From positions 5,335 through 69,334 of the forward strand of contig QHUM01000052.1 in the NCBI GenBank assembly GCA_003222135.1: 64,000 nt of DNA, in the 5' to 3' direction. Within the stretch, counting starts at the first letter, position 1; the number at the start of each line of letters is the position of its first letter. Of this stretch, positions 25,117 to 34,028 are shown piece after piece. The position numbers were made by a program, and so were the translations under genes. The stretch comes from Gemmatimonadota bacterium (lineage in GTDB: Bacteria; Gemmatimonadota; Gemmatimonadetes; Gemmatimonadales; GWC2-71-9). Below the pieces are notes generated by a model. The model saw nothing but the letters and a program-made list of their open reading frames with translations, ran no database searches and was not told the DNA's origin.

Positions 25117-26907
25117 ATGGTTCACGGCGTGACGACCCTACGCGTGCGGAAGCTCGCCCTCACCACGGTGTTCCTCGGAGCCGTCTTCCTGGTCGTCGCG
25201 CTGAATCGCGGGCGACCGGAAGAGCGGGGCGCTGCCGGAGCCACCCCGCCTGGCTTTTCCCTCCGCGACGTGGCGCACCAGGCAGGGATCGATTTCATCC
25301 ATCACGCGCCCACGCTCGATCCCCGGATCGACAACATCGCCCCGCTCGTGGCGGCGCTCGGGGCATCCGTGTCCGTCAGCGACGTCAACAACGACGGCTG
25401 GCCCGACCTCTATTTCACGAACAGCCGGTTCGGCTTCCCCAACGCGCTCTATTTGAACCGCGGCGACGGGACGTTCGTCGACGTCGCCCGGAGCGCGGGG
25501 CTGGCGGACCTGAACCGCCCGGGCGAGGGGGTGTCGATGGGCGCCGTGTGGGGCGACTACGACAACGACGGGCTCGAGGACGTGCTCGTGTACAAGTGGG
25601 GATATCTGCAGCTGTTCAAGAACCTCGGGAATCTGCACTTCGTGGACGTGACCGCCGCCGCGGGGCTGCGTCACTGGATGAACAGCAATGGAGCGGTGTG
25701 GCTCGACTACGACCGTGACGGGCTGCTCGATCTCTACGTCACCGGCTACTTCCGCTCCGACATCGACTTCTGGCATTTGCAGACGACGCGCATCATGCAC
25801 AACAGCTTCGAGTTCGCGACCAACGGCGGCAAGAATCGCCTGTTCCATAACCTCGGGGGTGGCCGTTTCGAAGACGTCACCGACCAGATGGGGGTGGGCA
25901 GCACGCGCTGGACTCTCGCCGCCGCCGCGGCGGACTTCAATGGCGACGGCTGGCCCGACCTGTTTCTCGCGAACGACTACGGGCCGGAAGAGCTGTTCGT
26001 CAACGATTCCGGCAAGCGGTTCGTCCTGACCAGGGCCGGTCTCGAGAGTGACTCGAAGAGCGGCATGTCCGCCTCGCTCGGTGACGTGTTGAACCGCGGA
26101 CGGCTCGATGCGTTCGTGACCAACATCTCGGAGCGCGCCTACCTGTTTCAGGGCAACAACCTGCGCCTCAACTTCTTGCCGGAGCTGGGGCGCTTCCAGC
26201 AGGGGGCCGAAGGTGCCATCGCCGACGCCGGGTGGGCCTGGGGGGCGCAGCTGGGCGACCTGGACAACGACGGGCGCAACGAGCTGTTCGTCGTCAACGG
26301 CTACGTCTCGGGGGACCGGGACCGGAGCTACTGGTACGCGATGTCGAAGGTCGCGGGGGCGAACGGGAACGTGTTCGAAGACGCCAAGAACTGGCCCGCC
26401 GTCGGCAGCGCCAGCCTGTCCGGGTACGAGCGGTCGCGGGTGTTCGTCAACCGCGGCCTCACGGGCTGGACGGACGTGGCCGCGGCCGTCGGCGTGACCG
26501 ACGAGTCCGACGGCCGCGCCGTCGCGCTGGTCGACCTGTTCAACCGCGGGGTGCTCGACGTAGTGGTCGCGAACCAGAACCAGCCGGCCCTGATCTATAA
26601 GAATACCGTCGCGCCGGGCAACCATTGGATCGCGTTCCAGCTCGTGGGCACGCGGAGCAACCGCAGCGCCATCGGCGCCGAGGTGACGGTCGAAGCGGGC
26701 GGCGCGCGCCAGCTGAAGGTCGTGGACGGCGGGATGGGGTTCGCGAGCCAGAACGACCGGCGGCTGCACTTCGGCCTGGGCGGGACGACGCTCGTAGACC
26801 GGGTGGTGATCCGCTGGCCTTCGGGCACGCGCCAGGTGATCGAGCGCCCTCCCCTGGACCGCCTCAACGTCATTACCGAGCCGCCCGCCGCCGGCGCAGT
26901 GCCGTGA
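25117..26907 (+). CDS. CRTAC1-family protein (N-terminal TM anchor, FG-GAP/VCBS repeats, ASPIC/UnbV domain)
   Basis: ATG 25117 gives MVHGVTTLRVRKLALTTVFLGAVFLVVALN. FG-GAP units include SDVNNDGWPDLYFTN, GDYDNDGLEDVLV, LDYDRDGLLDLYV, ADFNGDGWPDLFLAN and GDLDNDGRNELFV. C-terminal ASPIC/UnbV block NRSAIGAEVTVEAGG...RVVIRWPSG. Confidence 0.88.
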   Translation: MVHGVTTLRVRKLALTTVFLGAVFLVVALNRGRPEERGAAGATPPGFSLRDVAHQAGIDFIHHAPTLDPRIDNIAPLVAALGASVSVSDVNNDGWPDLYFTNSRFGFPNALYLNRGDGTFVDVARSAGLADLNRPGEGVSMGAVWGDYDNDGLEDVLVYKWGYLQLFKNLGNLHFVDVTAAAGLRHWMNSNGAVWLDYDRDGLLDLYVTGYFRSDIDFWHLQTTRIMHNSFEFATNGGKNRLFHNLGGGRFEDVTDQMGVGSTRWTLAAAAADFNGDGWPDLFLANDYGPEELFVNDSGKRFVLTRAGLESDSKSGMSASLGDVLNRGRLDAFVTNISERAYLFQGNNLRLNFLPELGRFQQGAEGAIADAGWAWGAQLGDLDNDGRNELFVVNGYVSGDRDRSYWYAMSKVAGANGNVFEDAKNWPAVGSASLSGYERSRVFVNRGLTGWTDVAAAVGVTDESDGRAVALVDLFNRGVLDVVVANQNQPALIYKNTVAPGNHWIAFQLVGTRSNRSAIGAEVTVEAGGARQLKVVDGGMGFASQNDRRLHFGLGGTTLVDRVVIRWPSGTRQVIERPPLDRLNVITEPPAAGAVP

Positions 26908-27779
26908 CCGCCGCGGCGCTCGCGGCGCTCCGCGGGCGGAGCCGCACGCTCTGGGCCCGGTTGGGCGAGGTCGATCCCCGCTACCTGGTGTCCTTCCTCA
27001 TCACGCTCATCCTGGTGGTGGGGGAGGTGCGCTACGGCATCCTGGGTGGCTACGACCGCCTCGTCATCAGCCTCGGCGTGTGTGTGGCGACCGAGCTCGC
27101 GCTGGCGCGCCTGGTGGGGGGCCGCGGCGCCGCGCTCCAGAGCGCGTATGTCACCGGCATCAGTCTCGCGCTGCTGCTCAAGCCGCGGGCCGGCCTGCTC
27201 TGGCCGTTTGCCCTGGGTGCGTTCCTGGCCATCGCCTCGAAGTACGTGCTCGCCTATCGCGGCCGGCACCTGTGGAACCCCAGCAACTTCGCCATCAGCC
27301 TGCTGCTCCTAATCGCCCCGGGTAGCGTGGCGATTCTGAGCCACCAGTGGGGCAATCATGTCGCCACCAATGCGGTGATCTGGGCCTTCGGGCTGTTGAT
27401 CGCCTCCCGGGTGCGGGTGCTGCACGTGACCCTCACATACGTCGTGTGTTACCTGCTCCTCGCCGCGGCGCGCAGCGCGATCGTCGGTACGCCGCTCCAG
27501 GCCGAGCTCGCGCCGATCACGGGCCCCATGTACCAGCTGTTCATCTTCTTTATGATCACCGACCCGAAGACGACCGTCGGCTCGGTGCGGGGGCGGATCG
27601 TGGTGGCCGCGCTCGTCGCGGTGGTGGAGGCCGCGATCCGGCTGGCGGCCGATCACCAGGTGGCCGCGCTTAGCGCGCTGTATCCCGCGCCGCCGATCCT
27701 CGCGCTCGCGATCGTGGGCCCCGTCGCGAAGGCCGTCGACCTTTGTGCTTTTTTTCACAAACATCGTCCGTCTCCTTGA
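26904..27779 (+). CDS. Polytopic membrane protein of the NqrB/RnfD-like superfamily (stand-alone)
   Basis: GTG 26904 overlaps the upstream stop (GTGA). About 8 TM segments. SAYVTGISLALLLKP...GAFLAIASKYVL...HLWNPSNFAISLLLLIAP...FIFFMITDPKTT resembles conserved RnfD/NqrB blocks (xTGlLLAL, K..fGG..NPA, FFMxTDP). Assignment by motif recall only. Confidence 0.65.
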   Translation: MTAAALAALRGRSRTLWARLGEVDPRYLVSFLITLILVVGEVRYGILGGYDRLVISLGVCVATELALARLVGGRGAALQSAYVTGISLALLLKPRAGLLWPFALGAFLAIASKYVLAYRGRHLWNPSNFAISLLLLIAPGSVAILSHQWGNHVATNAVIWAFGLLIASRVRVLHVTLTYVVCYLLLAAARSAIVGTPLQAELAPITGPMYQLFIFFMITDPKTTVGSVRGRIVVAALVAVVEAAIRLAADHQVAALSALYPAPPILALAIVGPVAKAVDLCAFFHKHRPSP

Positions 27780-27806
27780 CAGGGCGACTGATGACGCGTC
27801 TTTTAT
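27776..27806 (+). promoter_or_regulatory. Candidate internal promoter ahead of the YdjC-SusC-SusD genes
   Basis: Perfect TTGACA (27776-27781, overlapping the upstream stop) followed by a T-rich TCTTTTAT (27799-27806) at 17-19 nt, in the only 90-bp gap of this operon. The -10 is weak. Confidence 0.2.
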
Positions 27807-27869
27807 TGCCCGGCGTCGGCAACGTGCTTCCTGCCGTCGCAGGTTGTGGGACGCCCTGAGGACTGGCCT

Positions 27870-28784
27870 ATGCGTGCGGTACCCATGCTCGCCGCGTACA
27901 GTTGTGTGCTGCTTGCCGGCTTGCCGACTCCCGTCGTCGGTCAGGCCGGCACGACGCATCGTGTGAGTTCGTCCAGTCCCGTCTACTTGATCATCCGCAC
28001 CGACGACGCCGGCATGAGTCACAGCGTCAACATGGGTCTCCAACGACTCATCGACGCGCGCCTGCCCATTTCCGTGTCGGTGATGTTTCCCTGTCCCTGG
28101 TACCAGGAAACCGTCGAGATCCTGAAGCGGCATCCTGAGGTCGCGGTCGGGATTCACTTGACGCTCAATTCGGAGTGGAGGAATTATCGGTGGGGACCAG
28201 TCACGGGTCGTGAAGCCGTGCCGACCCTGGTGGACTCCAACGGATACTTCTTCCAGTCCGCCGAAGCCCTGCACGACAACCACCCCGACGTCCGGCAGAT
28301 CGAGAAGGAGCTGCGCGCGCAGATCGAGCGGGCGCGCCGATCGGGGCTCAAGATCGACTACGTCGACTATCACATGGGCACGGCGACGCGCTACGCCGAG
28401 TTTCGGGAGGTCGCGGAGCGGCTGGCGAGCGAATTCGGTCTCGGCATGTCCGAGTACTTCGGCGAGACGATGGATGCACCCCAGTACTCGGCGGCTCCGC
28501 GCCAGAAGGCGGACAGCCTGGTCGCGATGATCGATCGCCTGAAGCCCGGCTTCAATGTCGTGGTCACCCATGTAGGCATAGACGATGCGGAGCTGGGCGC
28601 CCTGGTGGACATGAACACCGACCAGCCGCTCCCCGAGATGAGCAAGAATCGTCAGGGGGAGCTGGATGCGCTCACGTCGGACCGATTTGCCGGGGCCGTG
28701 AAGGCCCGAAACGTACTGCTCATCACGTATCGCGAGCTGATCACCAAGCAAGGCCTCAAGGCCATGCGACGACCCGCAGGATGA
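27870..28784 (+). CDS. YdjC/ChbG-family carbohydrate deacetylase, secreted
   Basis: Signal MRAVPMLAAYSCVLLAGLPTPVVGQ. YdjC motifs are present: YLIIRTDDAGMSHSVNMG, and VGIHLTLNSEW. Confidence 0.85.
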   Translation: MRAVPMLAAYSCVLLAGLPTPVVGQAGTTHRVSSSSPVYLIIRTDDAGMSHSVNMGLQRLIDARLPISVSVMFPCPWYQETVEILKRHPEVAVGIHLTLNSEWRNYRWGPVTGREAVPTLVDSNGYFFQSAEALHDNHPDVRQIEKELRAQIERARRSGLKIDYVDYHMGTATRYAEFREVAERLASEFGLGMSEYFGETMDAPQYSAAPRQKADSLVAMIDRLKPGFNVVVTHVGIDDAELGALVDMNTDQPLPEMSKNRQGELDALTSDRFAGAVKARNVLLITYRELITKQGLKAMRRPAG

Positions 28785-28794
28785 GGGCACCGCC

Positions 28795-31700
28795 ATGAAC
28801 GACATGCTGCAGCGTAGGGGATTCCTTCGTGCCGTGGGGACGAGCTTGACGTTGGCTCTGCTGGTGTGCGCGACGGCAGTCGGCCAGCAGCAGATCGAGA
28901 TCTCCGGCAAGGTCACCGCGCCCGATGGGGAGCGGATTCGGGGCGCCTCGGTCCACATCCGAGGGACCACCACCAGTGCCGTTACCGATGACGCGGGGAA
29001 GTACTCGCTGACGGCTCCCAGCGATGCCGTGTTGGTGTTTGCCCGCATCGGGTATCGCGGCGTCGGGGTGAGCGTCGGCGGACGCACCAACGTCGACGTC
29101 GTCATGGAACGAGCCGTCACCGTGCTGCCCGAGGTGGTCGTCACCGGGTACACGACACAGCGGCGGCAGGACATCACGGGCGCCGAGTCCAGCGTGGACG
29201 TCGCGAGCATTGCCCAGCAGACCTCCACCAGCGTGCTCCAGCGGCTCGATGGCCAGGTCGCTGGCGTGACCGTCGAGAACAGCGGGTCGCCTGGCTCACG
29301 CACCACGGTGCGGATCCGCGGCGTCAGCTCGTTCCAGAACAACGATCCGCTGTACATCGTGGACGGCACTCCCGTGGAGGACACCTACCTGAACTGGTTG
29401 AACCCGAGCGAGATCGGATCCATCCAGGTCCTGAAGGATGCGTCGGCAGCGTCGATCTACGGCTCGCGCGCCAGCAACGGGGTCATCATCATCGAAACGC
29501 GGCGCGGCAGGCCAGGACCGCGCCGCGTCACGGTGGACGTCAGGACCGGAGTGGCGACGCCGACCAACGGGATGGATAAGATCCTGACGCTGAACGCGCT
29601 CGACTATTTCAACGTCGTCAAGACCGCCTACCAGAATGCCGGGACCGCCGTGCCGAGGAACATCTACGGGGATCCCAACAGTCCGTCGGTGCCCGCCTAT
29701 ATCTGGCCGAACGATGGCAAGGGCCAGAGTTGCACCGCCGCCGGCCCCACCTGCACGACCGTCGTGGATCCGGCGAGCTACAAGTACCCCAGCAACCTCA
29801 TCATGCCGGGCAGCCCCGGGACGAACTGGTGGAAGGCGGTGTTCGGGTCCGGTCAGTACCGCGACGCGAATATCGCGGTGTCGGGCGGCGGGGACGACAA
29901 CGCGTACCACGTGTCGTTCAATTTCCTCGATCAGGAAGGGACGGCCGCGTATAACCGGCTCCAGCGGGGGGGCGTGCGCATCAACACGGCGTTCAACATG
30001 GGGCAGGTGAGCGTCGGGGAGAACATCACGCTGTCGCGCGAGCGAAAATACGGCGGGCTGGACGACAACAACCTGGGCGAGAACAACATCGTCGGCAAGA
30101 ACATCATGCAGCAGCCGGTGGTCCCGATCTACGACATCGGGGGGAACTTCGCTTCGGGCAAGGCCGTTGGCTTGAGCAACCTGACCAATCCGCTCAAGAT
30201 CGCCTGGGCCGGCCAGCACGACATCAACACCAACGACCGCATCTTCGGCAACGTGTTCGCCGGGTTCGACCCCGGCCACTCCGTGTCCCTGAAGACGCGG
30301 CTCGGGTTCAACCTGGCTCAGGGCTCATTTCACGGCTTCTCGCCCACCACGCCCGAGAACTCGGAGGTGACGGACGTCAACGGCATCAACGAGAACTACA
30401 ACCTGTTCACCGAGTGGACGTGGAGCAACACGCTCAACTATACGCGCACCATCAGCCAGCACAATGTGGCGGTGCTGCTGGGGCAGGAAGCGACCAAGAA
30501 CACCACTCGCTTCGAGGCGGGCAGCTGTGCGAACCTCCTGAACTCGAGCGTGGACTCGCGCTACATCCAGGATGCGCTGTGTGATCCGACCACCAAGAAC
30601 GTCAGCAGCAGCGGTGGGCAGGCCGCGCTGCTGTCGTTCTTCGGCAAGGCCGACTACAACTATGGGGACCGGTACTACCTCAGCGCCACGTTGCGTCGCG
30701 ACGGCTCTTCCCGATTCGGGCCGACGAATCGGTGGGGCACCTTCCCGGCGGTTGGGGCGGGTTGGCGGCTGTCGCGGGAGTCGTTCCTGACGAACAATTC
30801 GCTGTTTTCGAACATGATGCTGCGGGTCGGCTGGGGGGTCACCGGCAATCAGCTGATCCCCGCCGGCCGCATCATCAGTCAGTTCGGCGGCGACCGGGGC
30901 GACACCTTCTACGACATCGGGGGAACGAGCCCGACCACGATTCGACCGGGATTCAAGCAGACGGCGATCGGGAATCCGGTCCTGAAGTGGGAAGAGCAGC
31001 GCTCCACCAACGTCGGCCTGGACCTCGAGTTCCTCCAGGGCCGGGGGACGGCCAGCATCGACGTGTATCGGCGGAACACGAACAATCTGTTGTTCGACCC
31101 GAGGGCACCCGCCGCGGCAGGCTCGGCCGCTCCTCCGATCGTCAACATCGGAAGGATGAGAAACAACGGCATCGATTTTTCGATCGGCTACCGGAGCACG
31201 CTCGGCGCCGGGACGCTGTGGAGCGTCACCTTCAACGGCAGCCACTATCGCAACAAGATCCTCCAGATCGACAACCTCGGAACGCAGTCTTTCGAGGGGC
31301 CGATTTCGCTGCGGGAGCAGAATCCCGTGATCAACATGCTCGGCCAGCCGATCGGGGCGTTTTACGGTCTGGTGGCGGACGGGTACTACAAGGACTCGGC
31401 GGATGCCGCCCCGTTCTGGAACGACGGCGCGCGCCCCGGCCGGATCAAGTTCAAAGACTTGAACGGGGACGGCGCGATCACTGCCGCCGACCGGGCGATC
31501 ATCGGGAGCCCCCATCCGGACTTCACCGGCGGATTGGATTTGAACCTGCGCCGCGGCAACTGGGAAGTCAGCGCGACCGTGTTCGGGACGTTCGGAGGCA
31601 AGATCTTCAACGCGCAGAAGTACTGGTACGTGTTCCGCTATTTCGATACCAACGTGCGGAGCGACCTGCTGGCGAACTCCGTGGTGCTGGATGGACCGTG

Positions 31701-32094
31701 CGCCCCTGCGCCGGCACCGCGGAAGGACTATATCTGCACAGGCAAGGTGACCAACCCGGGCGCCAAGTATCCCAGATTGGACAACAGCGACGCCGCGTTC
31801 AGCCGGCAGTTCTCGAGCTATTGGGTCGAGGACGGCTCGTACGTCAGGCTGCGCAGCCTGCAGGTCGGATATAACCTGCCACCCGCCTGGATCCGGTGGG
31901 TCCCGGCGGCGCGCGTCTATGTGCAGGCGGAAAACCTGTTTACCATCACCGGGTACTCGGGGCTCGATCCCGCCCTGCCGGCCTGGAGCACCTTCGGGGC
32001 GGCCGGCGACATCCGGGACCAATTCCGCGGTGTCGATGAGGGCTCGTATCCGACGAACCGAACGTTCACGATCGGCATCACGACCACGTTCTAG
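28795..32094 (+). CDS. SusC/RagA-family TonB-linked outer-membrane receptor
   Basis: Signal, CarboxypepD_reg-like domain (ISGKVTAPDGERIRGASVHIRGT), and plug (NNDPLYIVDGTPV, IQVLKDASAASIYGSRASNGVIIIETRRG). Barrel ends in ...RTFTIGITTTF. Starts 10 nt after the YdjC stop. Confidence 0.93.
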   Translation: MNDMLQRRGFLRAVGTSLTLALLVCATAVGQQQIEISGKVTAPDGERIRGASVHIRGTTTSAVTDDAGKYSLTAPSDAVLVFARIGYRGVGVSVGGRTNVDVVMERAVTVLPEVVVTGYTTQRRQDITGAESSVDVASIAQQTSTSVLQRLDGQVAGVTVENSGSPGSRTTVRIRGVSSFQNNDPLYIVDGTPVEDTYLNWLNPSEIGSIQVLKDASAASIYGSRASNGVIIIETRRGRPGPRRVTVDVRTGVATPTNGMDKILTLNALDYFNVVKTAYQNAGTAVPRNIYGDPNSPSVPAYIWPNDGKGQSCTAAGPTCTTVVDPASYKYPSNLIMPGSPGTNWWKAVFGSGQYRDANIAVSGGGDDNAYHVSFNFLDQEGTAAYNRLQRGGVRINTAFNMGQVSVGENITLSRERKYGGLDDNNLGENNIVGKNIMQQPVVPIYDIGGNFASGKAVGLSNLTNPLKIAWAGQHDINTNDRIFGNVFAGFDPGHSVSLKTRLGFNLAQGSFHGFSPTTPENSEVTDVNGINENYNLFTEWTWSNTLNYTRTISQHNVAVLLGQEATKNTTRFEAGSCANLLNSSVDSRYIQDALCDPTTKNVSSSGGQAALLSFFGKADYNYGDRYYLSATLRRDGSSRFGPTNRWGTFPAVGAGWRLSRESFLTNNSLFSNMMLRVGWGVTGNQLIPAGRIISQFGGDRGDTFYDIGGTSPTTIRPGFKQTAIGNPVLKWEEQRSTNVGLDLEFLQGRGTASIDVYRRNTNNLLFDPRAPAAAGSAAPPIVNIGRMRNNGIDFSIGYRSTLGAGTLWSVTFNGSHYRNKILQIDNLGTQSFEGPISLREQNPVINMLGQPIGAFYGLVADGYYKDSADAAPFWNDGARPGRIKFKDLNGDGAITAADRAIIGSPHPDFTGGLDLNLRRGNWEVSATVFGTFGGKIFNAQKYWYVFRYFDTNVRSDLLANSVVLDGPCAPAPAPRKDYICTGKVTNPGAKYPRLDNSDAAFSRQFSSYWVEDGSYVRLRSLQVGYNLPPAWIRWVPAARVYVQAENLFTITGYSGLDPALPAWSTFGAAGDIRDQFRGVDEGSYPTNRTFTIGITTTF

Positions 32095-32125
32095 CGGCTC
32101 GTCTTTATTCGGGGGACGGAGGACG

Positions 32126-34021
32126 ATGAACAAGCAAGATTGGAACCGACTGCTGTACGGGATCGCGGGAGTGATGCTCGCCGCCGGGGTCACGTACGCC
32201 TGCTCAAACTTTCTCGATATCCCCGCCCAGGGGACCGTGGAGGTGGCGTCGCTCGAGACCAAGGCCGGCGTCGAGGGCTCCCTGATCGCCGCCTACCGGT
32301 CACTGGACTGCAGCTCGAGCTCCGCCGGTTCGTGGGGATGCGCGGCCAGCAACTGGGTGTGGGGGAGCGTCCCGAGCGGCGACGCCCACAAGGGGTCCAA
32401 CGCGGGCGACCAGCAACCGATCAACGACATCGAGACGTTCTCCTGGGCGGTGGGGGAGGCCGAAGGCTACCTGAACCAGAAATGGAGCCAGGCCTACGAG
32501 GGCGTGTTCCGAGCCAATGAGACCCTCAACCTGCTGAACAGCGTGCAGGCCCTGAAGCCGCTCGAGATCCCCACCGCCGACGCGAACAGCATCAAGGGTG
32601 AGGCGCTGTTCCTGCGGGCCCATTATCATTTCGAAGCGTACCGGATGTGGGGACATATACCGTACTACTTCGAAACCGATACGACCCCGGTCGTGCTGGG
32701 CGGTTTCCGCAAGGCGAACGACCTCCCGCTCGATTCGATCGTGAAGCTCATCGTCGCCGACCTGAATAGCGCCATCGCGCTGCTCCCGGCGACGCCGCGC
32801 AACGGGGACGTGGGACGTGCGACCTTGTGGACCGCGAAGGCCTACAAGGGCCGCGTGCAGGCGTACGGCGCCGCGCGGAACCCCGCCCTCTGGGACGCGG
32901 CGCTCACGACGTTGCGAGACGTGCAAACGAATGGCCCCTACCGACTGGAAACGAGCTTCGATCACGTCTGGACCGGCTTTACGCAGTATCGCAACGGTCC
33001 GGAGACGATCCTCGCGTTTCAGGCTTCCGTCAAAGATGGGGAGCCGAGCGGCTGGAACTCGAACTGGGGCGAACGGCTGAACTTCCCGCATTCGGGCAGT
33101 CACTTCGGCTGCTGCGGGTTCCACCAACCGTCGTACCAACTCGTCAACTTCTACGCGGTGGACGCGACCGGCTTGCCGTTGGCGTTGACCAACCCGCAAT
33201 GGAATGGGACCAGCGCCTTGACCGCAGCGCAGGGCGATACGAACTTCGCGGCCGGCGCGCCGGGCAGCCTGGCGCCGGTGGACCCGCGGCTCGATTGGAC
33301 CGTCGGCCGGGACAGAGTGCCCTACAAGGACTGGGGCCTGCACGCTCGAGGATGGATCCGAGATGCCTCGTACAGCGGCCCGTTCAGCCCCAAGCGGAAC
33401 GTCCACGAGAAGGGCGCCAACGCCGAGAATAACGTGGGCTGGCAGGCGACCCAGACGAACGATGTGAACATGCACATCTTCCGCTACGCCGACATGCTGC
33501 TGCTCCTGGCCGAGGCGGAGATCCATGCCACCACGGGCACCCCCGACAACGCCAGAACGATCATCAATCAGATCAGGGCGCGGGCCGGAAAAATGGCGCA
33601 AGGGTGCGGGACGACGACCGACTCGGCGACTGTGGCGACGTATCCCACCTGCGCGACAAATCCTGCCATCCAGCCCATGGCCCTCCCGTTGGTGGCGGTC
33701 ACGCCGACACTGGATACGCTGGCGACGCCCTGGGCAGTATATAAGATCGGCCTCTATACCACGCCGTTTGCCAGCGTGGCGCAAGCAGACCAGGCCATTC
33801 AGTATGAGCGGCGGCTCGAATTGGCGATGGAAGGCCAGCGGTTCTTCGACCTGCGGCGCTGGCGCACCGCGGACGCGGAGATAAACGGCTACATCACGGT
33901 CGAGCGGACCCGGATCCCCTACCTCGCGGGCGTAACGTACACCGCGCGGGATTCACTGTATCCGATCCCGTCCATCCAGATCGATTTGGCCCCCGCGCTG
34001 GTACAGAATCCGGGGTGGTGA
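32126..34021 (+). CDS. RagB/SusD-family nutrient-binding outer-membrane lipoprotein
   Basis: ATG 32126 is preceded by GGAGGA. MNKQDWNRLLYGIAGVMLAAGVTYAC (lipobox). SusD-type core (RAHYHFEAYRMWGHIPY, FRYADMLLLLAEAE, RRLELAMEGQRFFDLRRW). C-terminus is ...ALVQNPGW. Confidence 0.9.
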   Translation: MNKQDWNRLLYGIAGVMLAAGVTYACSNFLDIPAQGTVEVASLETKAGVEGSLIAAYRSLDCSSSSAGSWGCAASNWVWGSVPSGDAHKGSNAGDQQPINDIETFSWAVGEAEGYLNQKWSQAYEGVFRANETLNLLNSVQALKPLEIPTADANSIKGEALFLRAHYHFEAYRMWGHIPYYFETDTTPVVLGGFRKANDLPLDSIVKLIVADLNSAIALLPATPRNGDVGRATLWTAKAYKGRVQAYGAARNPALWDAALTTLRDVQTNGPYRLETSFDHVWTGFTQYRNGPETILAFQASVKDGEPSGWNSNWGERLNFPHSGSHFGCCGFHQPSYQLVNFYAVDATGLPLALTNPQWNGTSALTAAQGDTNFAAGAPGSLAPVDPRLDWTVGRDRVPYKDWGLHARGWIRDASYSGPFSPKRNVHEKGANAENNVGWQATQTNDVNMHIFRYADMLLLLAEAEIHATTGTPDNARTIINQIRARAGKMAQGCGTTTDSATVATYPTCATNPAIQPMALPLVAVTPTLDTLATPWAVYKIGLYTTPFASVAQADQAIQYERRLELAMEGQRFFDLRRWRTADAEINGYITVERTRIPYLAGVTYTARDSLYPIPSIQIDLAPALVQNPGW

Positions 34022-34028
34022 GCTAGAG

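Noticed and set aside
27742-27761. AT-rich inverted repeat TTTGTG-CTTTTTTT-CACAAA near the end of the RnfD-like gene, considered as a terminator.
   Set aside because: It has only a 6-bp AT-rich stem and lies inside the coding sequence (encoding ...LCAFFHKH...). No U-tract follows the stem. It is too weak to call.
27309-29384. 691-aa minus-strand ORF, plus many other long antisense ORFs (for example 5632-6987, 15891-17909, 22973-25132, 25138-26769, 30325-32262, 40012-42231, 42246-44042, 45730-47964, 49736-51940, 62142-63917).
   Set aside because: Each lies opposite or out of frame to a CDS with strong family motifs. The translations are Arg/Ala/Gly/Pro-rich and low-complexity with no recognisable motifs. 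Stop-codon depletion in roughly 70% GC DNA routinely produces such shadow ORFs.
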